A stretch of DNA of 41,474 nt, taken from positions 1 to 41,474 of the forward strand of contig DAOUAY010000624.1 of NCBI GenBank assembly GCA_034432995.1, written 5' to 3'. Shown here piece by piece: positions 29,841 to 39,139 of this stretch. Both the position numbers and the translations under genes were made by a program. The notes below the pieces were generated by a model. It was not told where the DNA came from, made no database searches, and was given only the letters and a program-made list of their open reading frames with translations. This stretch comes from Anaerolineae bacterium. GTDB lineage: Bacteria > Chloroflexota > Anaerolineae > B4-G1 > SLSP01. The stretch's first letter is position 1; each line of letters starts with the position of its first letter.

Positions 29841-31019
29841 CTATACCCGAATATCAAACGCCTGACCTTCCCAAACCTTTGCTAATGCTTCAGTGGGGGG
29901 CAAGGGAGGATCATCCAGGCGGAAATAGAGGTAGCGGAACAAATCGCGCAGCACGGCCGTGATCACCGGCGCGAGAAACAGCCCGACAAGCCCCCCCATC
30001 TCACTGCCGATCACCAACACCACCATCACCAGCACCGGATGCAGTTGCACGCTCCTACCCAAAACGCGCGGCGTGATGAAGATATTTTCCACTTGCTGGA
30101 TGACGACGGCATATATCGTTATAACCAGCGCCAACGTGGGATTCTGCACCAGCGCCACAAGGATCGCCGGAATCGCGCCGAGAATGGGGCCGATGTTGGG
30201 AACTAACTCGAAGACGCCCGCAATCACGCCCAGGATCAACGCGAACTGCACCCCCGCAATCCCAAAGAAAATCGTGGAGATTGACCCAATGATCAACGCC
30301 AGAAAAAGCTGACCGCGCAGATAAGACGCGAAAACCCCGTCGACGAGCGCGGCGATTTTCAACGCATCGCTGCGAATGGAGAAAGGAATCGAGCGCACCA
30401 TCGTCTGGCTCAATTTCTGCGAGTCCAACAGCATGAAAAACGTCCAGAAGGGGATGATCAAAATCGCCAGCAGCAAGCTGAAGGTGTACGAGATCACCAC
30501 CGCTGTGCCACCCACGGCCTGCTGAACAATTCTGCCTACCTGATTGCTGAATTTGGTAAGATTATCGTCGATTTGGACGCGGACCTGCTCCGGCAAGAGG
30601 CGATATTGCTCGAGTAGACCTTCGCTAAAACGAGTTATGAAATCCCAGATCGTCTCTCGCGCAGCCCAGAGCGCCTTGCCCTGATCAATCAGCAGTGGCA
30701 CGAATACCGAGAAAAAGCTTACCAGCAGCGCCAGCACCAGCAGATAGATCAACCCGATCGCCAATGCGCGCGCCGGACGCCGCAAAAAGCGCAACACCCG
30801 AAGGCGGGGACGTTGACTTAACCACAGGATACCCCGCTCTACTGCCTGGACCAACGGCGCGAGAACATAAGCCAGGAGCAAGCCGAAAACGTAGGGGGCC
30901 AATACCCGCCGCGAGGTCCAGACGATCAGCCCGACCGCCGCCGCCGAGATCAACAACAAGATCAGTTGCTTGCGCCGCGAAAGAGGAATCTTACGCCACG
31001 ATTCAACTAATGACGCCAT
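29841..31019 (-). CDS. AI-2E family (PerM/UPF0118) transporter
   Basis: 392 aa and polytopic. ELVPNIGPILGAIPAILVAL and VIQQVENIFITPRVLG are characteristic of this family. Confidence 0.85.
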   Translation of the reverse strand: MASLVESWRKIPLSRRKQLILLLISAAAVGLIVWTSRRVLAPYVFGLLLAYVLAPLVQAVERGILWLSQRPRLRVLRFLRRPARALAIGLIYLLVLALLVSFFSVFVPLLIDQGKALWAARETIWDFITRFSEGLLEQYRLLPEQVRVQIDDNLTKFSNQVGRIVQQAVGGTAVVISYTFSLLLAILIIPFWTFFMLLDSQKLSQTMVRSIPFSIRSDALKIAALVDGVFASYLRGQLFLALIIGSISTIFFGIAGVQFALILGVIAGVFELVPNIGPILGAIPAILVALVQNPTLALVITIYAVVIQQVENIFITPRVLGRSVQLHPVLVMVVLVIGSEMGGLVGLFLAPVITAVLRDLFRYLYFRLDDPPLPPTEALAKVWEGQAFDIRV

Positions 31020-31041
31020 TTCGCCACACTCCCCAACAACT

Positions 31042-32856
31042 TCAGTCCTCGTCCAACCGCAACATCGCCAGGAACGCCTCTTGCGGGATGATGACGTTGC
31101 CCAACGATTTCATCCTTTTCTTGCCGGCCTTCTGCTTTTCCAGCAGTTTCCGCTTGCGCGTGACATCGCCGCCGTAGCACTTCGCCAGCACGTCCTTACG
31201 CAACGCCTGCACATTCACCCGCGCCACCACTTTGCCGCCCACCACCGCCTGGATCGGCACCTCGAACAACTGGCGCGGGATCGCCTCCTTCATCTTGCGG
31301 ATGAGCAGGGAGCCTTTGTCATAGGCCATGTCGCGGTGAACGATAATAGCCAGCGCATCGACCGGCTCCTTGTTCACCAACACGTCCACCTTCACCAAAT
31401 CATCGACCCGATAACTGTCGAAGCTATAATCCATCGAAGCGTAGCCGCGCGTCGCGGACTTGATGCGATCGTGCAAATCGATGACCATCTCCGCCAGCGG
31501 CACTTCGAACGTGAGCAGCACGCGTTTTTGATCCAACGTCTCGGTGAGCAGGAAGTTACCGCGTTTGCGGCGGAAAATCTCCATCAGCACGCCGAGATAC
31601 TCATTGGGCGTGATCACCTGGACCTTCATCCACGGCTCGCGCACCTGGTCGATGAGCGACGGGTCCGGTAGATCGGCGGGGCGGTGAATTTCGATTTCCT
31701 CGCCATTCGTCAGCAACACCTGATAGGCCACGCTCGGCGCGGTGATGACCAAGTCTTGCGCGTACTCACGCTCCAGCCGCTCCTGCACGATAACCATGTG
31801 GAACAGGCCCAGGAATCCACAGCGGAAGCCGAATTGCAGCGCCTGCGACGTCTCTGGGATGTACGTGAGCGAGGCATCGTTCAGTTGGAGCTTTTCCAGG
31901 GCGTCACGCAGGCTCTCATAGTCGTCGGCCTCCGAGGGGTACAAGCTGGCGAAGACCATCGGCTTGGCCGGCTGGTAGCCCGCCAGGGATTCCGCCGCCG
32001 CGCGCCGCTGCTCCGTCACCGTGTCGCCCACGCGCGCCTCACGCACCGACTTGAAGCCGGTGGCGATATATCCCACTTCGCCGGCAGAGAGGCGTTCGAT
32101 TGCCGTCATGCCTGGCGTGAAAACCCCCACCTCCACCGGCTCCGTTTTCGCGCCGGTTGCCATCATCAACAATGGCGTCGTCCCGGTCACCTGCCCCTCA
32201 TAGAGCCGCACGTAGGCGATCACGCCCTTGTACGAGTCGTAGTGCGAATCGAAGACCAACGCCCGCAGCGGCGCATCCACGTTGGAGCCTTTGGGCGGCG
32301 GGACGCGATCCACAACGGCCTGCAACACCGCCGCCACGTTCGTCCCCTCTTTGGCCGACACCGGCACGACATCCGTGACCGGCACGCCGATCAACTCTGC
32401 CACTTCCTTCGCCACGCGTGCCACATCGGCTGTCGCCAGATCGATCTTGTTGATGACCGGCACGATCTCGAGATCGTTTTCCAGCGCCAGGTAGAGGTTC
32501 GCCAACGTCTGCGCCTCGATGCCCTGTGTGGCATCGACGACCAGCACCGCGCCCTCACAGGCTGCCAGCGCCCGGCTTACCTCATAGCCAAAGTCCACGT
32601 GCCCCGGCGTATCGATCAGGTTCAGTTCGTACTCCTCACCATCCGCGGCGACCCAGTGCATTTGCACTGCCGACGCCTTGATCGTCACGCCCTTCTCCTG
32701 CTCCAGATCCATACTGTCGAGCACCTGCGATTGCCCCCCGGCAAACTTCCGCGACTCGACCGTGCCGGTCACTTCCAGCAACCGGTCGGCCAGCGTCGAT
32801 TTGCCGTGATCGATGTGCGCGATAATGCTAAAATTTCGTATATGCTGCGAATCCAT
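31042..32856 (-). CDS. lepA: Translation elongation factor 4 (LepA)
   Basis: IRNFSIIAHIDHGKSTLADRLL, DTPGHVDF, NKIDL, and the LepA-specific C-terminus ...RKRKLLEKQKAGKKRMK. ATG 32856 (MDSQHIRNF) is preferred over 32901. Confidence 0.95.
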   Translation of the reverse strand: MDSQHIRNFSIIAHIDHGKSTLADRLLEVTGTVESRKFAGGQSQVLDSMDLEQEKGVTIKASAVQMHWVAADGEEYELNLIDTPGHVDFGYEVSRALAACEGAVLVVDATQGIEAQTLANLYLALENDLEIVPVINKIDLATADVARVAKEVAELIGVPVTDVVPVSAKEGTNVAAVLQAVVDRVPPPKGSNVDAPLRALVFDSHYDSYKGVIAYVRLYEGQVTGTTPLLMMATGAKTEPVEVGVFTPGMTAIERLSAGEVGYIATGFKSVREARVGDTVTEQRRAAAESLAGYQPAKPMVFASLYPSEADDYESLRDALEKLQLNDASLTYIPETSQALQFGFRCGFLGLFHMVIVQERLEREYAQDLVITAPSVAYQVLLTNGEEIEIHRPADLPDPSLIDQVREPWMKVQVITPNEYLGVLMEIFRRKRGNFLLTETLDQKRVLLTFEVPLAEMVIDLHDRIKSATRGYASMDYSFDSYRVDDLVKVDVLVNKEPVDALAIIVHRDMAYDKGSLLIRKMKEAIPRQLFEVPIQAVVGGKVVARVNVQALRKDVLAKCYGGDVTRKRKLLEKQKAGKKRMKSLGNVIIPQEAFLAMLRLDED

Positions 32857-32969
32857 TCTTCTCCCTTGGAAACAAACCGCCAATCTCGCTAATCTACGCA
32901 AATCTTTCTTGAAAAATTAGCGAGAATTAGCGTAGATTCTGCGAATGCAGACATTCGCGGTTGAATTTT

Positions 32970-33785
32970 TCACCCTTGCTGTTGAAGCGTTCGATCGGCG
33001 CTCGAAGTCCGATCAATCCACATTTGAACATCGTCGGCGTCTGCGCCCAGTACCCACCATCCTAAGAATTCTACGTTGCCGGCCGGGCCAAGTAGCGGGG
33101 AGACCATCAACCCGCGCAATCCCAGACCCAACGCCGCCATCTCCGCCGTCACCGTCTCCAAGACCTGCCGATGCACCGCCGGATCGCGCACCACGCCGCC
33201 CTTGCCGACGTCCGCGCGCCCGGCCTCGAACTGCGGTTTGATGAGCGAGATCACCGCGCCGCCAGGCGCAAGCCAGTTCACTGCCGTCGCGTAAACGATA
33301 CGCAGCGAGATGAACGACACGTCCGACACGATCACATCCACCGGCTCCGGCAGCGCCGCCAGATAACGCGCATTGACCCGCTCCATCACCACCACCCGCG
33401 CATCCTGGCGCAACGCCCAGGCCAGTTGCCCGTAGCTTACATCGATCGCGTAGACCTTCGCCGCGCCGTGCTGCAATAAGCAATCCGTGAATCCGCCCGT
33501 CGAAGCGCCGATGTCCGCCGCAACCGCCCCGCCAACATCGACCGGAAACCGTTCCAACGCCGCCGCCAGCTTCTCGCCGCCCCGGCTCACGAAGCGCGGT
33601 CTGGCTTTGAGGCTGATCGAGACATCTTCTGCCACGTCAACGCCCGGTTTGTCGACTAGTTGCCCGTCGACCAACACCTCACCCGCGCGGATAAAACGCT
33701 GCGCCAGAGAGAGTCCCTCCACCAGGCCACGCTCCACAAGTAGACTATCCAGGCGAACTTTCTGTTCGCAGCGCCGTTTTTTCAT
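32970..33785 (-). CDS. tlyA: TlyA-family rRNA 2'-O-methyltransferase (S4 plus FtsJ domains)
   Basis: RLDSLLVERGLVEGLSLAQRFIRAGEVLVDGQLVDKPG is the S4 domain. DIGASTGGFTDCLLQHGAAKVYAIDVSYGQL is the SAM-binding region. Confidence 0.88.
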   Translation of the reverse strand: MKKRRCEQKVRLDSLLVERGLVEGLSLAQRFIRAGEVLVDGQLVDKPGVDVAEDVSISLKARPRFVSRGGEKLAAALERFPVDVGGAVAADIGASTGGFTDCLLQHGAAKVYAIDVSYGQLAWALRQDARVVVMERVNARYLAALPEPVDVIVSDVSFISLRIVYATAVNWLAPGGAVISLIKPQFEAGRADVGKGGVVRDPAVHRQVLETVTAEMAALGLGLRGLMVSPLLGPAGNVEFLGWWVLGADADDVQMWIDRTSSADRTLQQQG

Positions 33786-34764
33786 GTGTGGTTGTTATTT
33801 TACCACCAATGTATGGGTTAGAAAGATCATCCGGCAGAGACGCCAGTAAATCGGCCAGATCCTCCGGTAGCGGAGCGGAGAAGGTCATCTTCTCTCCCGT
33901 CGTCGGATGCAGCAACGTCAACGCGCGCGCGTGGAGAAACTGGCGCGGCGCGGACAGCGGGCTATGCGCCGGGCCATAGACGACATCCCCCACCAGCGGA
34001 TAGCCGAGCCAGGCGAAATGCACCCGAATCTGATGCGTGCGCCCGGTCAGTAGTCGCACATCCAGCAGCGTGTAGACGCGATTTTGCGCATCGCGGTAGC
34101 GCCCGCGCACCTTCCAGCGGGTGCGCGCCGGTTTGCCATCCGCGATGACGGCCATACGCTGGCGATGAATGCGATGCCGCCCAATCGGCGCTTCGATCAC
34201 GCCCTCATCCTGCGCAATATTGCCGATCACCAGGGCGACGTAGGTTTTTTGCACCTCGCGCTCCTTGAACTGCCGTTGCAGCGCTCGAATCGCCCGATCA
34301 TGCTTGGCAACCACCAGCACGCCGGACGTGTCCTTGTCCAGCCGATGCACAATGCCGGGCCGCAACTCACCGCCGATCCCCCGCAAATCGTCGCAGTGCG
34401 CCAGCAGCGCGTTGACCAGCGTGCCCGAAAGATTTCCCGCGCCTGGATGCACCACCATGCCTGCCGCTTTATTGATCACCAGGATGTCCGCATCCTCGTA
34501 CAATATATCCAGTGGCAGGGCTTCTGGGGACAGCGTCGCGGGCTGTGGGGGGGGAATTCGTACCACCACCGTATCGCCGCGCCGCACTTTATGCGACGAT
34601 CTGGGCGCAGCGCCATTCACCGTCACTTCCCCCGCGTCGATCAGCCGCTGCACTGCCGTGCGCGACAGTTCCGGCAACGCCTCAGCAATGAAGCTGTCGA
34701 TGCGCCCGCCATCGGCTTCGACGAATAGGGTGAACGTCGGGCTGCCGTCTGCCTCGACGGTCAT
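33745..34764 (-). CDS. rluD: RluA-family 23S rRNA pseudouridine synthase (RluD-like)
   Basis: S4 domain (RIDSFIAEALPELSRTAVQRLIDAGEVTVNG), catalytic HRLDKDTSGVLVVAK, and GRTHQIRVH. ATG 34764 forms an ATGA overlap with the hutI stop. The longer track ORF (to 35142) is an R/G-rich shadow over hutI. Confidence 0.9.
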   Translation of the reverse strand: MTVEADGSPTFTLFVEADGGRIDSFIAEALPELSRTAVQRLIDAGEVTVNGAAPRSSHKVRRGDTVVVRIPPPQPATLSPEALPLDILYEDADILVINKAAGMVVHPGAGNLSGTLVNALLAHCDDLRGIGGELRPGIVHRLDKDTSGVLVVAKHDRAIRALQRQFKEREVQKTYVALVIGNIAQDEGVIEAPIGRHRIHRQRMAVIADGKPARTRWKVRGRYRDAQNRVYTLLDVRLLTGRTHQIRVHFAWLGYPLVGDVVYGPAHSPLSAPRQFLHARALTLLHPTTGEKMTFSAPLPEDLADLLASLPDDLSNPYIGGKITTTHEKTALRTESSPG

Positions 34765-36053
34765 GCGGACACCACCTGTCCGTTCACCGCGACGACTTCG
34801 CCGCCTTTGACGACCATCGCCACGGGATTCGTTCCGAAGCGATAGCCCAGATGCCGGTAATCGGGCGCATCCAGGATCAACAAATCGCCCGCGTACCCCG
34901 GCGCGAGGCTCCCCACCCGGTCGCCCAGACCGAGCGCGCACGCCGCGTTCAACGTCGCCGCGACGAGCGCCTGCGCGGGCGTGAGCCGCAGATAGCGGCA
35001 CGCCAGCGCGATGACGAAGGGCAGCGACTCGTTCCAGGCGGTTCCCGGATTGCAGTCGCTCGCCAGCGCCAGCGCCGCGCCTGCTTCCAGAAGCGCGCGA
35101 GCGGGTGTGTAGTCGCGGTGTCCCAGACCGAACGGCGTACACGGCAACGACACCGCCACTGTCTCCGCCGCGCCCAGCGCCGCGATGTCCTCCGGCGGCG
35201 TCGTGACCAGGTGATCCGCCGACGTCGCGCCCAATTCCACGGCCAGGCGCGTCCCGCCCAGCGACGCAAACTCATCCACGTGAATTTTCAATGGGAAGCC
35301 CAACGCCCGCGCCGCCTCAAGGATACGCCGGCTCTGCGCCAGATCGAACGCGCCGTCTTCGCAAAACACATCACAAAAGGGCAAACGCTCCGATCCCAAC
35401 GCGCGCGACTTCTCCACCACGGCGGGCAACATCTCGTGAATCACCATATCCACATAAGTGTCGGCGCGACCCTTGAACTCGGCGGGGACGGCGTGCGCGC
35501 CCAGGAATGTCGGCACCAGTGTCGCCGGGTGGCTGCGGTCGAGCGTGACAATCGCTTCCAACTGCCGCAATTCGGCAGCAGTTTCCAGGCCGTAGCCGGT
35601 CTTCACCTCGACCGTCGTTGCGCCGTGGGCCAGCAGCCGGTCGAGACGCGGGCGCATTGCCGCAACCAGCTCATCCACGGAGACCTCGCGGGTAGCGCGC
35701 ACGGTGGACATAATCCCGCCGCCCGCCGCCATAATCTCCATATACGTCGCGCCAGCAATGCGCTGCTCGAACTCTGCCGCGCGGTCGCCCATCCACACCA
35801 GATGCGTGTGCGGATCGACGAAGCCAGGGCAGACCACTTTGCCGCGTGCATCAATCTCGCGGGTGGCGCGATACTGACTCACCAATTCCTGGGTCGATCC
35901 CACCGCAACCACCCGGCCCGTGGCAATCGCTACCGCGCCATCTGCGATGAGACCCAACTCGCCTAAAGCTATACCGCGCTGCGGGCTGCCCCCCTGTGTC
36001 GGGATTACACACAGTTGCGCTGCCGAATGAACCAGCAAATCTACAGTTTTCAT
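34761..36053 (-). CDS. hutI: Imidazolonepropionase
   Basis: PGFVDPHTHLVWMGDRAAEFEQRIAGATYMEIMAAGGGIMSTVRATR, KIHVDEF, and SDCNPG. ATG 36053 follows GGAGAAGGGG. No hutH or hutU is nearby. Confidence 0.88.
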   Translation of the reverse strand: MKTVDLLVHSAAQLCVIPTQGGSPQRGIALGELGLIADGAVAIATGRVVAVGSTQELVSQYRATREIDARGKVVCPGFVDPHTHLVWMGDRAAEFEQRIAGATYMEIMAAGGGIMSTVRATREVSVDELVAAMRPRLDRLLAHGATTVEVKTGYGLETAAELRQLEAIVTLDRSHPATLVPTFLGAHAVPAEFKGRADTYVDMVIHEMLPAVVEKSRALGSERLPFCDVFCEDGAFDLAQSRRILEAARALGFPLKIHVDEFASLGGTRLAVELGATSADHLVTTPPEDIAALGAAETVAVSLPCTPFGLGHRDYTPARALLEAGAALALASDCNPGTAWNESLPFVIALACRYLRLTPAQALVAATLNAACALGLGDRVGSLAPGYAGDLLILDAPDYRHLGYRFGTNPVAMVVKGGEVVAVNGQVVSA

Positions 36054-36201
36054 CGCACGCCCCTTCTCCAACAGTAGGGATGATATTCTGAATTATACAC
36101 AGAAAAGGCCAGGATTAACATCCTGGCCTTTGCGTCCCCGTGATATGCAATTCCATACACAGCCCTGACCGGTGTGAGCCAACTATCACAGTTCAGTCAT
36201 G

Positions 36202-37803
36202 TTATGGCGATTCTATATAGATACCGAGGGAGATTTCCTCATCACCGGAAATCACCGTCATCGTGCCGACGAGGGTGGCGAAACGGTCCTGGTGAGTCTT
36301 GAAGATCACACAGCCAAACGTCGGTCCCTCCACAACCTTACCCTCCCACTTATAGGTGTACTCGCACGTTCCCCCGTAGCCCTTGGCATAGATCACCGCG
36401 ATCCAGCCGCCTTCAGGAATGCGATATTTGTCCATAGGCCAGGCTTCTGCCATGAACGGGCCAGGGGGACACGCCACAGTGGGCGTAGGCGTGGGAGTCA
36501 ACGTGGGCGTGGGCGAAGGCGTCAGCGTCGGGATTGGCGTCACCATCTTCAATCCATACACAGAGGCGGGAAGGCGCAACTGTGTCGTCTGCGTCCACCC
36601 AAGCACACGCCCATCCGTCGAACCGATGTAGACCCAGTTGGGCATTTCGGGATTGTAACCAAGCAGACGTACTTTGGTGCCCGCCGGCAATGTCAAGGTA
36701 GGATTCCACCACAGTGTAGCGCCTGGACGTAGCTCTGCGCCCTCGTTGAGCACGACCGCCTCCAACGCAGCAGCAAGTTCGCCCCCCGCCCGCGGCGTCA
36801 GCAGCGGCACGAAGGTCGGCGTGGGTGAGGGAGGCGCTGTAGAAGCCGGCAAAACCGTCGATGCACCCGGCGTCGCCGTAGGCGCAGGTGTGGTGGCTAG
36901 GGGCGTTGCCGTAACCCTGGGCGTGGGGAGCACCGCGGGCGTAGCGGTAGGCAGCAACGCGGCGGTGACTTGCCGGGAGGCAGAACACCCATCCCAAGTG
37001 GCCTGAGTCGCGTTATACAGCCAGATACCTATGCTACGGGGAGCGCCGGTTTCTGCAGAAATAAAGCGCGCAACGATGGAAGTCGGCGACACAGCCGGAA
37101 TGAGGGGGGTGCCATCCAGGAGCGCGTTGGTCTGGCCGTAGTAATAGACATCCGAACGGGCAGAATCGGCTACCCAGATAGGGCCGTGCGTGTAACTACT
37201 TTCTATCGCAAAAAAGGCTATCCAGCGACCGGCCGTTCCACAGCGGGAGGCCAGCGCATGCGCATAATCCCGCAGGATAGTCGAGGCAAAAATACGAGGC
37301 CGGCGATAGTCGGTCTGCTCCCATCCGCCATTATAAGCCGCCAAAGCATTGAAAACGTCGCCGTTGCCCTGTTGGATGATAATCGATAGGGTACGCGTGC
37401 CCCAGAAAAGATTCGCGGCAGGATCAAGGAGAACTTCCTTCGAAGGTCGCCAAGAGAACCCGGATTCCTTGGGCATGATCTGCATCAGGCCTACAGAACC
37501 ACCTGGCCCTATGGCGTTCGGGTCGCCACGGGACTCACGCCAGATAAGAGAAGCAACAAAGTCAGGATCCAGGCTGCGCCGGTTGGCTTCCTGCACGATC
37601 AGGGTTTCCCAACGCAGTATCTTGGCGCTCCAATAGGATGACAAAACGGGGGTATCGGAAGACGGCTCGGAGGCAGATGCAAGTTTCTGAGCTGCCAGTT
37701 TTGGGAAATAAAAAGCCCCTACCTGTCCAACGAGCAGGCCAGCCAACACGCCACCCACCGCGAGCGCCGTTATGATCTGGCGCTGTAAGGGTTTTATCAC
37801 CAC
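36202..37803 (-). CDS. Membrane-anchored lytic transglycosylase (SLT domain) with Pro/Thr linkers and an uncharacterised C-terminal Cys-containing domain
   Basis: GTG start and an N-terminal TM. The SLT catalytic region is LIWRESRGDPNAIGPGGSVGLMQIMP...AYNGG. Linkers such as TPTLTPTPTPT are present. Confidence 0.82.
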   Translation of the reverse strand: MVIKPLQRQIITALAVGGVLAGLLVGQVGAFYFPKLAAQKLASASEPSSDTPVLSSYWSAKILRWETLIVQEANRRSLDPDFVASLIWRESRGDPNAIGPGGSVGLMQIMPKESGFSWRPSKEVLLDPAANLFWGTRTLSIIIQQGNGDVFNALAAYNGGWEQTDYRRPRIFASTILRDYAHALASRCGTAGRWIAFFAIESSYTHGPIWVADSARSDVYYYGQTNALLDGTPLIPAVSPTSIVARFISAETGAPRSIGIWLYNATQATWDGCSASRQVTAALLPTATPAVLPTPRVTATPLATTPAPTATPGASTVLPASTAPPSPTPTFVPLLTPRAGGELAAALEAVVLNEGAELRPGATLWWNPTLTLPAGTKVRLLGYNPEMPNWVYIGSTDGRVLGWTQTTQLRLPASVYGLKMVTPIPTLTPSPTPTLTPTPTPTVACPPGPFMAEAWPMDKYRIPEGGWIAVIYAKGYGGTCEYTYKWEGKVVEGPTFGCVIFKTHQDRFATLVGTMTVISGDEEISLGIYIESP

Positions 37804-37871
37804 ACCATCTCCTACTGAATGATGCCTTTCCTTGATAATCTACCCCGAATATAGGAGATTTCGGTGATTTG

Positions 37872-39101
37872 TCAAGCCTCGGCATCCTCGGCAAAAATCG
37901 CCTGCGCTTCCGTAAGATATGAGGCAATCTCGGCCTCTGGTTTCCCTTTGGACTGCAAGTAGCGTTCAAGCAGGTGCAGTGGAGTCATTGCGTCCGGCTC
38001 CAGGCCATCGAGACGGTCCCGGACCGTCCGCTCCACGTCGCGGTTGATCTGCCCGAAGAAGGCATCAGCGAGCAGTGGAGACAAATCGGTATCCCGCAAG
38101 CGCGGTTCTTGCTCCGGCGTCATCTGTACGACCAGTCTGGCGACGGCTCCCGCCAGGTCGCTATCGGCGATGACGCGCTCGATGGCCCGCAGTGGATGGG
38201 CTTCGTAACGGACATCCGCGCGGATGGTGACGAAAGGCCGGGCCTGAACTTCGACATAGCGCCACGTCGTTGCTGCACGCTGTAGCTCGATCCAACAGAA
38301 CCCCTTGGGCTGTTTCTCCTCACCAAAGTCGACCCGCTCCAGACTGCCCGCATAGACAACGGGCGGCATACTCCCAGTATTGAGATTCTGATGTTGGTGG
38401 ATGTGCCCAAGGGCGACGTAATCCCACACCGGATCGGTCAGCGCCGACACAGGGATGGCGACGTCGCGGCCGATCATGATGTTGCGTTCCGAACCCCAAT
38501 GCGCGCTATCGACCGAGAAATGCCCGGCCAGCACCGCCGGTATCTGGGGATCAAGCCGCGCCGCAAAACCCGTAATCAGGCTGACGACGGCCTCGCTCAC
38601 GGCGCGGTCCAGCGCCTCCTGGCGCATCTGCCGGAACTGTTCGCGGGTGAGCAAGCGTTGGCGCACCGGGTACGGGATCGTAGCGAGTTGCAGCGGGCCG
38701 TGGCGCGTCTCAAGGCGCAGCAGGTCGGGACGCGCAGCGACGGTCACGTAAGGCACATCGAGGGTGGCGAAAATCTCGATACTGGACGCGCGTTGTTCCA
38801 TCACCGGCACATCGTGATTGCCGACCAGCAGCACAGTGGGAATCTCCGCGCGCGAAAGGCGGTGAATGCGCTGCGCGAACTCGCGCTGATGGGTGGGATT
38901 GGGATTGCGGGTGCGAAAGGCATCGCCGGCAAAGAGCACCACATCGGCCTTATGGTCGATGGCATACGCCACAACCGTATCCAGCCGCTCAAGAAAGTCA
39001 GCCACGCGACGGTTAAGGCCCGATTCGGGGTCCAAGCGCCCGTAATTTTCCATGCCGATATGGAGATCGGCAAAATGCAGGATGCGTATTGGTTCGGTCA
39101 T
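37872..39101 (-). CDS. sbcD: SbcD/Mre11-family DNA repair exonuclease
   Basis: Metallophosphoesterase motifs ILHFADLHIG, GDAFRTRNP, VGNHD and GHIH. No adjacent sbcC-like ATPase gene. Confidence 0.85.
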   Translation of the reverse strand: MTEPIRILHFADLHIGMENYGRLDPESGLNRRVADFLERLDTVVAYAIDHKADVVLFAGDAFRTRNPNPTHQREFAQRIHRLSRAEIPTVLLVGNHDVPVMEQRASSIEIFATLDVPYVTVAARPDLLRLETRHGPLQLATIPYPVRQRLLTREQFRQMRQEALDRAVSEAVVSLITGFAARLDPQIPAVLAGHFSVDSAHWGSERNIMIGRDVAIPVSALTDPVWDYVALGHIHQHQNLNTGSMPPVVYAGSLERVDFGEEKQPKGFCWIELQRAATTWRYVEVQARPFVTIRADVRYEAHPLRAIERVIADSDLAGAVARLVVQMTPEQEPRLRDTDLSPLLADAFFGQINRDVERTVRDRLDGLEPDAMTPLHLLERYLQSKGKPEAEIASYLTEAQAIFAEDAEA

Positions 39102-39139
39102 GTTGCCTCAGAAAAATTAGAAATGAGAGAGATAAGGGG

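Noticed and set aside
34765-35142. 126-aa N-terminal extension of the rluD ORF (track ORF 33745-35142).
   Set aside because: The extension is R/G/A-rich and lies entirely inside the hutI coding region in another frame. The ATG at 34764 makes a canonical ATGA overlap with the hutI stop and yields a normal-length RluD.
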